A stretch of DNA of 32,000 nucleotides from Desulfobulbus propionicus DSM 2032 (GTDB taxonomy: Bacteria > Desulfobacterota > Desulfobulbia > Desulfobulbales > Desulfobulbaceae). The stretch is taken from the NCBI RefSeq assembly GCF_000186885.1, contig NC_014972.1, positions 720,001 to 752,000 of the forward strand, read 5' to 3'. The notes beneath the pieces are model-generated. The model saw nothing but the letters and a program-made list of their open reading frames with translations, searched no databases and had not been told where the DNA came from. This document shows, piece by piece, positions 16,340 through 26,500 of this stretch; position 1 is the stretch's first letter; every line of letters starts with the position of its first letter. The position numbers were made by a program, and so were the translations under genes.

Positions 16340-18565
16340 ATGAGGTTGCACACATTGGCCATGGCGCTTGGGCTGTTCCTGCTGGGAACATTGACGAATC
16401 CGCACGCTGTTTTTTCCGAAACCGGCAGCGCCGACGGCAAGCGCACCCCCTTGAAGATCGAAGGCAAGGAATCCCTTCCCCTGCGCGTACTGTCGCGGGC
16501 CTTTTCTCGGGTCTACAAGGCGCCCGATGGCAACAGCGGCACGGTCGAGGAGAATGTTCCGGCATTTCAGTCCTATTTCGTCTACGCCAAACAGGGCAAT
16601 GACCACGATGCCCGTGTCTGGTACGAAGTCGGCCCCGACAACCGGGGCACGGTGACCGGCTGGATGTCCTCGGATGATGTTTTTGAGTGGAAACAGACCA
16701 TGTGTCTCTCCTATACCCATCCTGAAGGCCGCTACCCGGTCCTCATGTTCGATAAAAAGGAAGAACTGGAGAAGCTGAGCGCCCTGTCCAAGGAGAAGCG
16801 CACCGAGGCGGTGGAAAAATATTATATCGACATTGCCATGGGCGATTTGGCCCCGGATTTTCCCGTGGTCACCATTGAGCCGAAAAAGGCCGTCGACATC
16901 ACCAAGGAGTTCTACCTGCTGCCGATTCTTGAATTCGGCGAGCTTCAGCTGGAAAACCGCGAGGCGCGCATTCTCAAGCTGGCGGCCGTGACCGGAGAAG
17001 GCGCCGCAGCCCGGGAAAGCTCGGATATCCGGACGAACAAGGATTATCTCCAGGAAGCGGTTCAGGACAGTACGACCATCAGCCCCGCAACCCTGGACAA
17101 GTTGGCCATTGACATCGTCTGGGTCATGGACACCACCAATTCGATGATGCCCTACATCACCCAGACCCTGAAGGTGGTCGAGGAGGCTTCCAAACACATC
17201 TCCGCCAATAGCCAGCTTGCCCAGGCGGTCAAGTTCGGTGTCTGGGGCTATCGCGATTCCACCTCCATCCCCGACATCGGCTACAACGTCAAGAATTACA
17301 CGCCGCAGCTGCAAAGCATCGATCAGTTCGTCAGCACGCTGAAGACCGTGGATGTCAGCACGGCGGGATCGCAAGGATATGCCGAGGATGTGTTTTCCGG
17401 AGTGAACGGCGCGGTGGACGAGACCGCCTGGACGCCGAACGCCATCCGGTTCGTCATCCTGGTTGGCGACGCCCCGGCCCATGAAGCGGGCCACAAATGG
17501 AATGCCTCCGGACAAAATCAAGCAACCCTGCGCTCCCTGGCCAACGATCGCAACATTACCCTCTACGCCATCCACATCAAAGATCCCCAGGCGGAACAAT
17601 ATCACGCGACCGCCGCCGAGCAGTTCCAGGTGTTGAGCACCAATAGGGGCGCGGAGGGCGGACCGGCCTACTACAGTACGTCATCAGCGGATTTGCTCGG
17701 TTTTGAGCACGTGACCAAGAGCGTGACCGATTCGATCATCGGGTTTCTTGAAAAGGTCGACCAGGAGAAGAACAAGGCCCTGACCGCTGCCGTCGACAAG
17801 GGGGGGGCAAAAGCCGCGGCCAGCACCAAAGGATCGGATTTTGACGTCACCCTGTCTGAAGGCGAGACGGGCAAGCACGGGGGGGACGCCCCGCCTTCGG
17901 CCAAGACCGCAACGGCCTCGGCGCCGGAAAAGAGCGTCAACTTGGATCTGTTCGAGGAAGGGCAGGCTGCCCCCTCATCCAAGGAGCCGGCCGCGCAACC
18001 CACCCCCCAGTCGCTGGCCAACGCGGCCCTGAAGGCGGCCTTTGTCCAGTGGATCGGATCCCAGGCAGGGGCACAGGCCCCACGCGATGTTGTCGCCTGG
18101 GTCACCGACAAGGACCTGCTCACCACCGATATCCAATCCCTGGAAGTGCGGCTCTTGATCAACAAACGGCAGCTCGATAGCCTGCGGGAAACCCTGAAAA
18201 CGATCCTGGCCGCCGGGCGCAAGGGCCAGATCAGCGGCGAGGATTTCTTTTCCTCCCTGCAGGCCGCAGCCGCCACTACGGCCCGCGACCCGGAGATGAT
18301 CAAGCGGGCCTCATCCCTGTCGCAGAGCGGTCTGATCCCGGAATTCCTCTCCGGCCTGCCCTACAAGAGCCGCATCATGGACATGAACAACGAGCTCTGG
18401 AGCAGCTGGTCGGTGGACGAGCAGGATATGTTCCTCGCCGATCTGGAAGCGCGGATCATGGCCTATGAAACCATCCATGACGGACCGGAAGGCTGGGTAC
18501 GGCTCAACAAGAGCGATGATCCCAGCGAGTACGTCTATCCGATCAGCCTGGAACTGCTGCCCTGA
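16340..18565 (+). CDS. Secreted von Willebrand factor A (vWA) domain protein, 742 aa
   Basis: RBS AAGGAGGAG then ATG 16340. Signal peptide MRLHTLAMALGLFLLGTLTNPHAVFS. vWA core IDIVWVMDTTNSM (MIDAS-like DxTxS at 17129-17143) ... VKFGVWGYRD ... IRFVILVGDAPAHE. Ala/Pro/Ser-rich linker, then a C-terminal domain of about 190 aa. Confidence 0.8.
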   Translation: MRLHTLAMALGLFLLGTLTNPHAVFSETGSADGKRTPLKIEGKESLPLRVLSRAFSRVYKAPDGNSGTVEENVPAFQSYFVYAKQGNDHDARVWYEVGPDNRGTVTGWMSSDDVFEWKQTMCLSYTHPEGRYPVLMFDKKEELEKLSALSKEKRTEAVEKYYIDIAMGDLAPDFPVVTIEPKKAVDITKEFYLLPILEFGELQLENREARILKLAAVTGEGAAARESSDIRTNKDYLQEAVQDSTTISPATLDKLAIDIVWVMDTTNSMMPYITQTLKVVEEASKHISANSQLAQAVKFGVWGYRDSTSIPDIGYNVKNYTPQLQSIDQFVSTLKTVDVSTAGSQGYAEDVFSGVNGAVDETAWTPNAIRFVILVGDAPAHEAGHKWNASGQNQATLRSLANDRNITLYAIHIKDPQAEQYHATAAEQFQVLSTNRGAEGGPAYYSTSSADLLGFEHVTKSVTDSIIGFLEKVDQEKNKALTAAVDKGGAKAAASTKGSDFDVTLSEGETGKHGGDAPPSAKTATASAPEKSVNLDLFEEGQAAPSSKEPAAQPTPQSLANAALKAAFVQWIGSQAGAQAPRDVVAWVTDKDLLTTDIQSLEVRLLINKRQLDSLRETLKTILAAGRKGQISGEDFFSSLQAAAATTARDPEMIKRASSLSQSGLIPEFLSGLPYKSRIMDMNNELWSSWSVDEQDMFLADLEARIMAYETIHDGPEGWVRLNKSDDPSEYVYPISLELLP

Positions 18566-18569
18566 CCCA

Positions 18570-19340
18570 ATGGGGGACATCGTCTACACGCTCCGCGAAG
18601 TGGAAAAGGTCCGCAGCAAGGGCGGCGTGACCTTCACCCTGCGCATTCCGCACCTGGAGATTCGCCGGGGTGAGTTCTGTTCGGTGGTTGGCGCCTCGGG
18701 ATGCGGCAAATCGACCCTGTTGGACATGCTGGCCCTGGTGCTCGAACCGACCAGGGCCGGCCATTTCAGCCTGCGGATGGTGCGCGGCGGCAAGGTCGAG
18801 GAATGTGCCGTTCTCGGCTTGGCCGAGAATCGGGCCGCGCGCATCCGGCGGTCGACAATCGGTTACGTCCTTCAGAGCGGCGGCCTGCTCTCTTTTCTCA
18901 GCGTGCGCGAAAACATCCTGCTCACCGCCCAGATCAGCGGCATCAAGGTCACCCAGGCAGAGTTCATTGCCCTCATTGACGTCCTGGGTCTTGGAGATCA
19001 GCTTGACAAGAAGCCGCAGTATCTTTCCGGTGGGCAACGTCAGCGGGTGGCTGTGGCCAGGGCACTGATCCACCGGCCGATGATCATTCTCGCCGATGAG
19101 CCGACAGCCGCGGTCGATTATCCGACCGCGCTCGATATCCGCGATGAATTGCACGGCTTGGCGCGGCAAATGGGAACAGCGGTCATCATGGTAACCCATG
19201 ATCGCAGCCTGGTCGCGGACATCGCCGACAGCCGGGTGCGTTTTGCGGTGACGCGTATCGGTCGTACCGAAACCCTGTCCACCGCGCTGATCGGCGCAGA
19301 AACGGCCGAGGCGGAAAACCTTGTGGGGGGGGCCGCGTGA
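18570..19340 (+). CDS. ABC transporter ATP-binding protein (MacB/LolD/FtsE-like)
   Basis: Walker A GASGCGKSTLL, signature LSGGQRQRVAVARAL, Walker B IILADEPTAAVD, H-loop VTHD. ATG 18570 lies 4 nt after the vWA stop. The ORF-track start 18465 is an upstream extension. Confidence 0.9.
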   Translation: MGDIVYTLREVEKVRSKGGVTFTLRIPHLEIRRGEFCSVVGASGCGKSTLLDMLALVLEPTRAGHFSLRMVRGGKVEECAVLGLAENRAARIRRSTIGYVLQSGGLLSFLSVRENILLTAQISGIKVTQAEFIALIDVLGLGDQLDKKPQYLSGGQRQRVAVARALIHRPMIILADEPTAAVDYPTALDIRDELHGLARQMGTAVIMVTHDRSLVADIADSRVRFAVTRIGRTETLSTALIGAETAEAENLVGGAA

Positions 19341-21154
19341 TTCTGCGGCTGGCCTTCAGGGACATCGTCCACGATCGGCTGCTGAGCGCCTGCCTGGTGT
19401 TGGCCATCGCGTCGATCATCGCGCCATTGCTGATCCTCTTCGGGTTGCAGTTCGGAACCATCGAGACGCTGCGCAATCGACTGGTTGAAGATCCAAAGAA
19501 TCGGGAGATCAGGCCGCTGACCACTCAATCCTTCAGCCGGGAATGGTTTGCCCACCTGCGTGCGACCAGCCCCGAGGTCGCCTTTGTGGTGCCGATGACC
19601 CGGCAGATCGCTGCGTCGATCATCGCGACGAGCGCCAATGGCGAACGCCGGGAACCGTTGTCGCTGCTGGCCACCGCGCCCGGCGATCCGCTGCTGGTGG
19701 AGAACGGGGTGGCCGTGCCGGAGACCGGATCCTGCGTGCTCACCGAATCGGCGGCCCGCGCCCTCGAGGTGTCGGTCGGCGGACAACTGATCTTCAGTAC
19801 CCAGCGAATCGTTCAGGGCCGATACGAACAGGGAGGTTTCGCGATCCGGGTGGCGGGCATTCTCGAGGAACGGGCCACCGGTCTGCGAGTGGCCTATGTT
19901 CCCCTGGAGGTTATCGAGGCGGTTGAGGATTACAAGGATGGTAGAGCCGTGCCCGCCTACGGGTGGCAGGGAGAGCTGCCGACCGCCTATCCGGTGTTTG
20001 ACGGCGCGATGGTGCTGACTCCCGAACCCTTGAGCAAGCTGGAAGAAGTACTGCTGATCAACAACACCGGTTTTGCCCAGGTAAAGGCTCTCGGCACGGA
20101 AGAGGCGGCACGTGTCCTTGGGCACGCTTCCCGGCCGCACTGGTCCCTCTATACCCTTACGGTCAAACAGCGGTCGGCGACAGAGGCCAATCTCCAGGCG
20201 GTGAGCAACAAGCTGCGGGGCAAGGGGGCGATCGTTGTTCCGTGGATTGAGCCGCTTGAGGTCGTTCTTCACGGGACGGAATCGACCTCGCCGGTCTCGG
20301 TCCGACTTCAAGTGCGTGGCGATGAAAACTGGGCCGTGACCGGCGTGCCGGCAAAAGGGACGGAAGCCTCGGCACGGGGCGGCGAGCCACGCACCCTGAT
20401 TGTTTCCCAGGACATTCCCCTTGCCGATGGACCCGCGACCTTGGTGGTGCGGACGCTGGATCGGGAACTGCGGCTGCCGGTGCTCCTCCGCAAGGGTGGA
20501 GGAGCACCGGCGGTGGCGGAAGCATCGGCAGTCTTTGCCGGGCAGCTCAACTTACTGCGCTGGAGAAATGTCCATTACGATGCGCAGGCGGATGCCCTGT
20601 TGCTTTCCCGACAGGGCTATGCGGGATTCCGCCTCTACGCGACGACCATCGATGCGGTGGCAACGGTTCAGCGGCGGCTGGAAAACGAAGGTATCGCCGT
20701 GCATACCGAACGGGAGCGGATAGGGGAGGTCCGCCGGCTCGACCAGTACACCACCCTGATTTTTTGGTTGATCGCTTCGGTGGGCGTTGTCGGCGGCATC
20801 TCCGCCCTGACCGCCAGCCTGTACGCGTCTGTGGAGCGGAAAAAGAAGGAGCTCAATGTGTTGCGGCTGCTTGGTCTGCTGAAACGGGAACTGCTCCTGT
20901 TTCCGATAGCGCAAGGGCTGATGCTGTCGAGCGGTGCCCTGCTCCTGGCCGCGGCGCTGTTTGCCGTGGTTGCCAGGCTGATCAATCATCTGTTTCGGGA
21001 ACACCTGCAGGCAGCGGAATCACTGTGCGCTTTGTCTCCCGTGCATTTTCTTCTGCTGACCGCGGGTGTTTGGGGCCTGAGCGTCCTGGCCGCGACCGTT
21101 GCCGCCCTGCGGGCAACTCGTCTCGATCCGGCCGAGGCCCTGCGGGATGAATAA
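19337..21154 (+). CDS. FtsX/MacB-type ABC permease with very large periplasmic domain (about 430 aa)
   Basis: GTG start overlaps the ATPase stop (GTGA). N-terminal TM LLSACLVLAIASIIAPLLILFGL. C-terminal FtsX domain with three TMs (IFWLIASVGVVGGISALTASLYASVERKKKELNVLRLLG ... ALRATRLDPAEALRDE). Confidence 0.85.
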   Translation: MILRLAFRDIVHDRLLSACLVLAIASIIAPLLILFGLQFGTIETLRNRLVEDPKNREIRPLTTQSFSREWFAHLRATSPEVAFVVPMTRQIAASIIATSANGERREPLSLLATAPGDPLLVENGVAVPETGSCVLTESAARALEVSVGGQLIFSTQRIVQGRYEQGGFAIRVAGILEERATGLRVAYVPLEVIEAVEDYKDGRAVPAYGWQGELPTAYPVFDGAMVLTPEPLSKLEEVLLINNTGFAQVKALGTEEAARVLGHASRPHWSLYTLTVKQRSATEANLQAVSNKLRGKGAIVVPWIEPLEVVLHGTESTSPVSVRLQVRGDENWAVTGVPAKGTEASARGGEPRTLIVSQDIPLADGPATLVVRTLDRELRLPVLLRKGGGAPAVAEASAVFAGQLNLLRWRNVHYDAQADALLLSRQGYAGFRLYATTIDAVATVQRRLENEGIAVHTERERIGEVRRLDQYTTLIFWLIASVGVVGGISALTASLYASVERKKKELNVLRLLGLLKRELLLFPIAQGLMLSSGALLLAAALFAVVARLINHLFREHLQAAESLCALSPVHFLLLTAGVWGLSVLAATVAALRATRLDPAEALRDE

Positions 21155-21193
21155 GGAGACCCCTTGAGAGATAACCAAAACGGAGGAAGGCGC

Positions 21194-23557
21194 GTGAAAA
21201 ATCGACGAATGCAACAGCCTATCAGTGGAGCCAACAGGAAGCGCGACACAATTCTGTTAGGTTTGATTCTGGTGCTCCTGGCGGGCTGTCTGACCTTTGG
21301 GGTGATCCCTGAAGCGGTTGGAGCCGATCCAGCGGTTGTGTCCGAACATTCCCACGATGCGGCGGCGGTAGCCAGACAGCTCCAGCTTGAAGGGGCACGG
21401 TTGCAGCTGCAGGGGCAACTGACCGAGGCCATTGGTAAATACCGTGAGAGTCTTGCCCTGCACCCCAACCCCCGGCTGGAGAGTCTGGTGGAGCAATTGG
21501 TGATCCAGGCCGAGAAGACGGCTAAGGCCGCCACGGTTCCACCGGCGTCGCCTCAACAGGCCCCGGCTTCGGCCGCGCAGGCCAACGTCCCCGCATCGGC
21601 GGGGCCGATTCCCGCCCAGGCGGCCCCGGCCGATGTTCTTCCTGAACAGGGGGCGGCGCAAGCGACGGTTGGTCAAGCGGTACCGGGACAAGGCGAGGGG
21701 GACGCCCCAGCCAGCGTAAAAACGGAGGAGGGCCCTGCCGTGGGACCAAGGGCAACAGTCGAGCGGGTCGCCGGCACGCCGGAGGAAGCGCTGATCTACG
21801 CCTTCACCGACTGGTTGCTCGGTCTCTTTCCCGCCGCCGGTCAGCAACAGGATTTCAGTCTGCGGACAAACCGCGACTATCGTGTCGTCCAGGTTGCGGG
21901 GCAGCATGAGGTCCGTCTGGATCCGTGCACCCTGTTGCTGGGGGACCAGGAAGCCGTGGAGCTCGGGCCGGTCGTCCTGCGGTTTCAGCCCAAAGGAGGC
22001 GAAACCTTGACGGTGACCATGCGCCTGCCCGATAAGGCGCCTCTGGTTGAATCCGGAAAAACCGTTGCCGAGCTGTCCATTGGCCGCCAGGAAATAGCCG
22101 GTGTCTGGAATCGTTCCCTGGCCAATTTTGATCGGATCGAGATGCAACTGGGAAACCTGATTCTCGAGGATGTGGCCAAGACCGGGAGGCTGTCGCTTGC
22201 CAACCTGATGTTAGCCGGAGGCAGCACTCAGGGAGAAGGGGGCAGTTGGAGCGAAAACCTGCGAGGAGAGATGGGCAAGTTGTCATTCGTGGACAACGGT
22301 GCTGAAGTGGCGGTGGACCACCTGGCGTTCCAGGCCGATGCCCAAGGGAACGATCAGGCCCGATTCGCGGAGCTGCGGCAGCGGATCCAGCAGGCCATGG
22401 GGCGAACGGAGCAGATGGCGCTGCCCGAAATCAAGGAGTTGTTCGCCAATATCGAGGAATACCTGCGGCTGTTGAACGCCTCCGCCAGTTCCATGGCCAT
22501 CAAGGATATTCGCGTCACCTCCAAACAAAGCACCTTCAGCCTGGACACGGTCAACCTCGCCGCCACGCTGCACAAGGAAGGCGGTACCGGCAAAATGGTT
22601 TACACCTCCAAGAGCGACGGCTCGGCGCTGCAATTTGCCGAAACCCAAACGCCGGAAAAGCCGCAGCCGGTTTCGCTTTCGCTGGGAAGGATCGCACTGA
22701 CCGGCGAGGGCAGCCTGCATCCGATCCCCCCTGGCCTGGTGTCCAATCTCTTCGTCCCCATCGATGGCGTGGAGCAGGGAAAGGCCGAGCAGGCCAACGC
22801 ACTCCTCGCCAAGCATGGCCTGACCGTTGCCCGCAAGCTCCTCGGCTTGATCGACGGCTATGGCTGCGAAGTCAACATCAGCGACCTGAGGCTGGTCAAC
22901 GCCCAACCCTCGCCGGTGACCCTTGGCCAGGCCACCGTGCGCGGCACGTTCAAAGCCGGGACCGGGGAAGGCGGTCTTCTCCAGGCGCTAGGCGAGTTTT
23001 CCGAGCTCAAGGGTATCGCGCAGGAGGCCGGCAATGTTCCCGAATCGGCCCGCCTGCGGCTGGAATTGAACAAGATCCCCTCCCTGCTCAATCTGATCAA
23101 TGACCCGAGCGCACTGGCTGCGGGAAACATGCAGCAGGTCCAGGGGCAGATCATGATGAATGGTATGAACGCCCTGCTGACAAGCGGATTGACCCTGTCG
23201 TTGACCGATTCATTCATCGCCTTTCCTTCCGCCCGTTTTACCTTGGGGCTCCTGGCCACGGTGGACCAGAAGGCCAAGTACTTTTCGACCGGAACTCTTA
23301 CGGCCGCGGTTGAACAGCCTGATGAATTCGTGCGGATAGTCCGCAGTTTGAGCGCTGACCCGGAAACGGAGAAAGTGCTGGCCACCCTGACCGCGCTGGC
23401 TGACCGTCGGCAGGAACAAGGAAAGACGGTGGATCGAATTGAGGCGCGGATCGATGGAGAAGGCAAGGTGTTCATCAACACCAAGGATGTGACCGCGATG
23501 TTTTTTCCGCCGCCATCTCAGCCTGGGCAAGGGACGACGCCCGCGCCGGCGCAGTGA
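21194..23557 (+). CDS. Large lipoprotein of unknown function (about 790 aa)
   Basis: Lipobox LLAGC after a basic n-region. One TPR-like helix pair (QLTEAIGKYRESLALHPNP), a Pro/Ala/Gln-rich linker, then about 600 aa with no motif I recognise. GTG 21194 preferred (GGAGG 7 nt upstream). TTG 21164 and ATG 21209 are alternatives. Confidence 0.6.
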   Translation: MKNRRMQQPISGANRKRDTILLGLILVLLAGCLTFGVIPEAVGADPAVVSEHSHDAAAVARQLQLEGARLQLQGQLTEAIGKYRESLALHPNPRLESLVEQLVIQAEKTAKAATVPPASPQQAPASAAQANVPASAGPIPAQAAPADVLPEQGAAQATVGQAVPGQGEGDAPASVKTEEGPAVGPRATVERVAGTPEEALIYAFTDWLLGLFPAAGQQQDFSLRTNRDYRVVQVAGQHEVRLDPCTLLLGDQEAVELGPVVLRFQPKGGETLTVTMRLPDKAPLVESGKTVAELSIGRQEIAGVWNRSLANFDRIEMQLGNLILEDVAKTGRLSLANLMLAGGSTQGEGGSWSENLRGEMGKLSFVDNGAEVAVDHLAFQADAQGNDQARFAELRQRIQQAMGRTEQMALPEIKELFANIEEYLRLLNASASSMAIKDIRVTSKQSTFSLDTVNLAATLHKEGGTGKMVYTSKSDGSALQFAETQTPEKPQPVSLSLGRIALTGEGSLHPIPPGLVSNLFVPIDGVEQGKAEQANALLAKHGLTVARKLLGLIDGYGCEVNISDLRLVNAQPSPVTLGQATVRGTFKAGTGEGGLLQALGEFSELKGIAQEAGNVPESARLRLELNKIPSLLNLINDPSALAAGNMQQVQGQIMMNGMNALLTSGLTLSLTDSFIAFPSARFTLGLLATVDQKAKYFSTGTLTAAVEQPDEFVRIVRSLSADPETEKVLATLTALADRRQEQGKTVDRIEARIDGEGKVFINTKDVTAMFFPPPSQPGQGTTPAPAQ

Positions 23558-23596
23558 GCGACCACGGCAGCCTCGCGGCTGTCGAAGGCGGCTGGA

Positions 23597-26500
23597 ATGA
23601 ATTTGTCGACGTTCTGGAGAAAAGGAGACATCGATATGTATTTGCTGGTTGGCGTGCTTGCGGTTTTGATGTGGTGCTCCCCCTCTGTTGCCGGCGTCCT
23701 GTACAGTGAAAAGGAGTTGTGGGCTGCGGGAGAGCTGTGGACGGAAACCCGGCTTCAATGGCAGGGCGAACAGGCCGCGCATCAGCGGCGGTTGACGGAA
23801 ATCGAACAACTGGCCGTGCCCGAGGCGCGGAAGGGCGCATTGCGCCGCATCGAACTGCAACGGCACCATGATCGATCGCTGATTTTGGCGGCCAAGCGTG
23901 ATCAGGTGCAAAATGTACTGGTCAATGAGGCCAACGCACGGGTGCGCGGCGGCAAGGAGGCGGCCAGCGGCCAGCTCGTCGATACTGCGGGAACCAAATT
24001 CGGCGAGGCCGGTCATCGCGGCATGGCCGGCGACCGCGACATGGGCGGCGGAGAGCGAACGGTCCACAAGGTTAAGGAGGTGCTCAAGGAAATGGGCATA
24101 GACCAGGCCGCGACCGTCAAGGAGAGCGCCGGCACCCTGGAGATCGGCGACGACTTCGAGCTGACCATCAACAAGGACGGCGCCCGTCCACGGGCTGGTT
24201 CGGAGTTCCATCGGATCAAGGCCGAGGTGGATGCCCGCAATCCGGAAACCTATGTGTCCGAGAGCATGAAGAGCCGCTCCGCGGACGGCAAGATCGACCG
24301 CAAACAGGCGGGAACCGATTACGTGGAAATTCAGGACCACCGGAAAAAGGCGACCGCGGGCTTGAAAACCGACGGCGCCGGACTGAAAAAGTCGCCAGAG
24401 AAGGCGCAGAAGCTGGCCAAGGGCACGGTCAAAACACTGGAGATGGCCAACCTCGACGAGGAAACGGTCAACAGAATTCTACAACAACATGGCATCGAGG
24501 AGAATCCCGCGGCCTTTCGTGAACGACTGCGGGGGATCAAGGAGGGAACGATTCAGGTGGGCAGCGCCACCGATGCCGAGCAGCTGCGCCGCGCCAGCGA
24601 GGATATTTTCAATGCCGCCGAGGAAAAGGCCTTGAACACGGCCAAACAGGAGATCGTCGCCCTGCGGGAAAAGGCGGCGGCGCTGCCGGCCAACGATCCG
24701 AAACGAACCGCGATCGAGGAAGAAATTGTCGATTCGGTGACCAAGATGCAAGCTACCCGCGCTGCCAATGAGGCTGTCAGCGGCGGCAAGGGAAGCGCGA
24801 CAACGGCAAAAACTGGCTCCAAAAAAAATGCCAGCGGAACTGGTTCCGCCGAGGCCGAACTGGCCGCACTTGACGATCTGCGTGGGGTTTCCGGACGGGG
24901 CAAGGCGGTCAAGGCCTTTGGCGCACTGATGAACATCGTTGATATCGGCCAGACCTGCCAGACGATCGAAGACTATGTCGAGGGTAAGATCCCTCTTAAG
25001 GAGGCGGCCACCAAGGTGGTCGATCAGTACGTAACCGGCGGCGCCATCGGCACGGTCGAGCACGCCTCCCAGAGCAAGGCGGATTACAGTGCCGCCAAGT
25101 CGGCCATCGAGCAGGCCAATCGCGAGAACATGGCTGCCTATCTCAATGCTTGGGAAATTGCATTGCGTAAAGCGGGATTGGCGCCAGCCGAGGCGCGCCA
25201 GTATGTGGCCTCGGCCATGCTGGCGGGTAACCTGGAAAAACTCGAGGACAAGGCTGCCGCCCTGGCAGCCGCTGGCAAGACAATCAAGCCGCCCCAGCTG
25301 GTGGTGAATACCTTCACGGCCGATGACACCCTTGGCGAACGTGCCCAGGCCGTGGGCGAGGGGATCGTTCGGGGTGCCTATGAGAGCGGCAAGTATCTGG
25401 TCACCGCGCCAAGCCGGACGGTCGAGGCCTGGGCTGAAGGTGAATTGAAGGAAGCAGATCTCGACGCCTATGCCAAGGGGCGCGAAACGGAAAGCAGGGT
25501 CGAGATGTTCCGCAAACTGCTCAATGCCGGTATTGATTCACAAAAGGCGCTGGCCGCCCTTAATGAGTGGGAAGAGGGGGAGACCGGGCCATTGAAGGAG
25601 CTGTTTCAGCAGGCCCGTGCCCGGCAGCAGGAAGCCGTTCCCACCAAGGAGGAGCTGGCCGCGGTCGAGGAGGCGAACAAGAGGATTGCCGCCGAGGAGC
25701 AGCGACGTGTCGAACTCTGGAACCGATATGCCGCCCTGGTGGCCTATCTGCGCTTTGCGCCCTTGACCCTGCAGGTCGATCCATCGCCAGTCGCGATCAA
25801 GGGAGAAGGCCAACGGTCCCTCGTTCGCTTGGCCCTGGTCGGGCCGGGCAAGAGTTCCATGGGCACGGTGGCCGCCGAAATCGAACAGATCCTGGCGCAG
25901 CTCACGGGCCAGGCAAGCAAGGTGCGGCTTTCCTATCGCTTCTCGTGCAAAGGGCGGCAAGGGGCCACCCCGCACGAATGGCTGACCGCCAGCCCCGGGG
26001 CGGCCGGTCTGTATCCGGTGACCGCGACCCTGGTGGCGGACATCAGGGGGGACGTGCCGGGCGCTGCCGTCGCCACGCTGTCCCGAGGCTTTGAACGGAG
26101 CGAAACCGCTCCCGTCGAGGTGGAGGTCAGCGCCACCGCAGCGCCATTGACCGGCGAGGTATGGGAGATCATGAAAACCACCCCCAATCTAGTCATCGAC
26201 ACGCCGTTGCAGAGTTTCAAGGCCACGGTTTCGCCGGCAGCGGAGATCACTTTTCCCGTGAAGTACACCCTCAACGATTACCTGGTCGAGGGCAAGGGTA
26301 GCCTGCGTTTTTCCGCCGACGGCAAGATGATCGAGCAGTTGAGTATCGATACCCGCAGCACGGATCCGCGTTCCGGCCAGGAAATTCAAAAAGACGAACT
26401 GCGAGTCGGCCCCTTTAAACTGTATGCAGCCGACAAGGAAACGCCGACCTACAGGGCGCATCTCTATTACACTCTTGATCGCGAAGGCCGCGACACCTTT

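Noticed and set aside
23566-23583. 7-bp hairpin (GGCAGCC tcgc GGCTGTC) between the 790-aa and 1150-aa genes
   Set aside because: No following U-tract. It could be an mRNA stability or processing element, but there is no evidence beyond the stem.
23990-24043. GTKFGEAGHRGMAGDRDM in the giant protein, superficially like a pol-beta nucleotidyltransferase G[ST]x(n)DxD motif
   Set aside because: The residue between the Asp residues is Arg rather than hydrophobic and the spacing is atypical. The protein appears exported, where NTP is unavailable. This is too weak to call.
89-24340. Other long antisense or out-of-frame ORFs in the track (for example 89..955-, 4322..5566-, 6739..7785-, 7782..8588-, 16307..17605-, 19118..20311-, 21257..22147-, 23210..24340-)
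   Set aside because: All lie opposite or out of frame to genes with strong family signatures. They show Arg/Gly/Pro/Gln-heavy translations characteristic of non-coding frames in high-GC sequence.
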